A DNA stretch of 17,035 bases, from positions 1-17,035 of the forward strand of contig JBILDU010000068.1 in the NCBI GenBank assembly GCA_044352465.1, written 5' to 3'. The notes under the pieces were generated by a model, which had not been told where the DNA came from, ran no database searches, and was given only the letters and a program-made list of their open reading frames with translations. This DNA comes from Bdellovibrionota bacterium. GTDB lineage: Bacteria; Bdellovibrionota_C; UBA2361. Numbering within the stretch: position 1 is the stretch's first letter; every line of letters starts with the position of its first letter. Positions 16,502 to 17,035 of the stretch are shown in pieces. A program made the position numbers and the translations under genes.

Positions 16502-17035
16502 ACGACGTTGGTGCCTTGGCCCCACTCTCGAGCGCACTCTGGCTCGGTGTCGTGATGCTCGGACTATTTTTGCAACGGGCAAGGCGTACTCGAAGAGACG
16601 CCCTTATGGCTTTGGGGCTTGCCCCGAACAGTCCTGCCTACGTAGCCCCGCTGCTGGCCGTGTTCCTCATGACTATCGGGCTCACCCGACCGTATTGGGG
16701 CTTTAAAGACTCTGCGGTCGAGGGAGTAGGAGCCGATATCGTTGCGGTCGTGGACGTGAGTCGAAGCATGTTGGCAAGAGATGCGAGCCCCAACCGCATG
16801 GCGGTGGCTAAACGCAAGATCGCCGATCTCATCGAATACCTCGCTCAGAGCGGCCGAGGAGACCGGATCGGCATCGTCCTCTTCGCGGGAGAGGCCTATT
16901 TTTTCCTCCCCCTTACCGCCGACTACGGAGTCGCTCGTTCATTTGCAGGCGCCATATCTACAGAGCTCATACCAGCGGGTGGCTCGACTCTTGGGGATGC
17001 CCTGACACTCGTGGCGAAGACGTTTGAGCGCACCG
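16498..17035 (+). CDS. BatB-like VWA domain membrane protein (partial, runs off the window)
   Basis: Not in the ORF track. GTG at 16498 (GTGA overlap, GGAGG at 16488-16492) opens MNDVGALAPLSSALWLGVVMLGLFL...LTRPYWG...VVDVSRSMLARDASPNR...DRIGIVLFAG..F.LPLT.DY, with no stop before the window end. Confidence 0.9.
   Translation, partial: MNDVGALAPLSSALWLGVVMLGLFLQRARRTRRDALMALGLAPNSPAYVAPLLAVFLMTIGLTRPYWGFKDSAVEGVGADIVAVVDVSRSMLARDASPNRMAVAKRKIADLIEYLAQSGRGDRIGIVLFAGEAYFFLPLTADYGVARSFAGAISTELIPAGGSTLGDALTLVAKTFERT

Noticed and set aside
1..17035. CRISPR arrays, IS/prophage genes, tRNA/rRNA, defence systems, frameshifted genes
   Set aside because: None seen; almost all sequence is explained by intact housekeeping or stress genes.

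Overview
GC-rich bacterial chromosomal window made up mostly of housekeeping genes; gene order and content suggest a deltaproteobacterium-like or Bdellovibrionota-like organism (inference). The left two-thirds is one minus-strand run: DoxX, two small heat-shock proteins (behind a good RpoH/sigma32-type promoter), tilS, ftsH, cdaA, a YbbR/CdaR protein, glmM, nnr, tsaE and lysC, converging on an unidentified gene end at the left edge. The right third is on the plus strand: a class I CPD photolyase, a 292-bp intergenic region, then a MoxR-DUF58-DUF4381-like-BatA-BatB cluster that runs off the window. I see no mobile element, CRISPR array, tRNA/rRNA or defence system, and no clearly new multi-gene system. 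The best leads are a nested in-frame aspartokinase beta-subunit start with a strong RBS, a possibly structured switch-like ~220-nt leader RNA before moxR, apparent heat-shock control placed in front of tilS-ftsH-cdaA, and a Sulfolobus-like photolyase.
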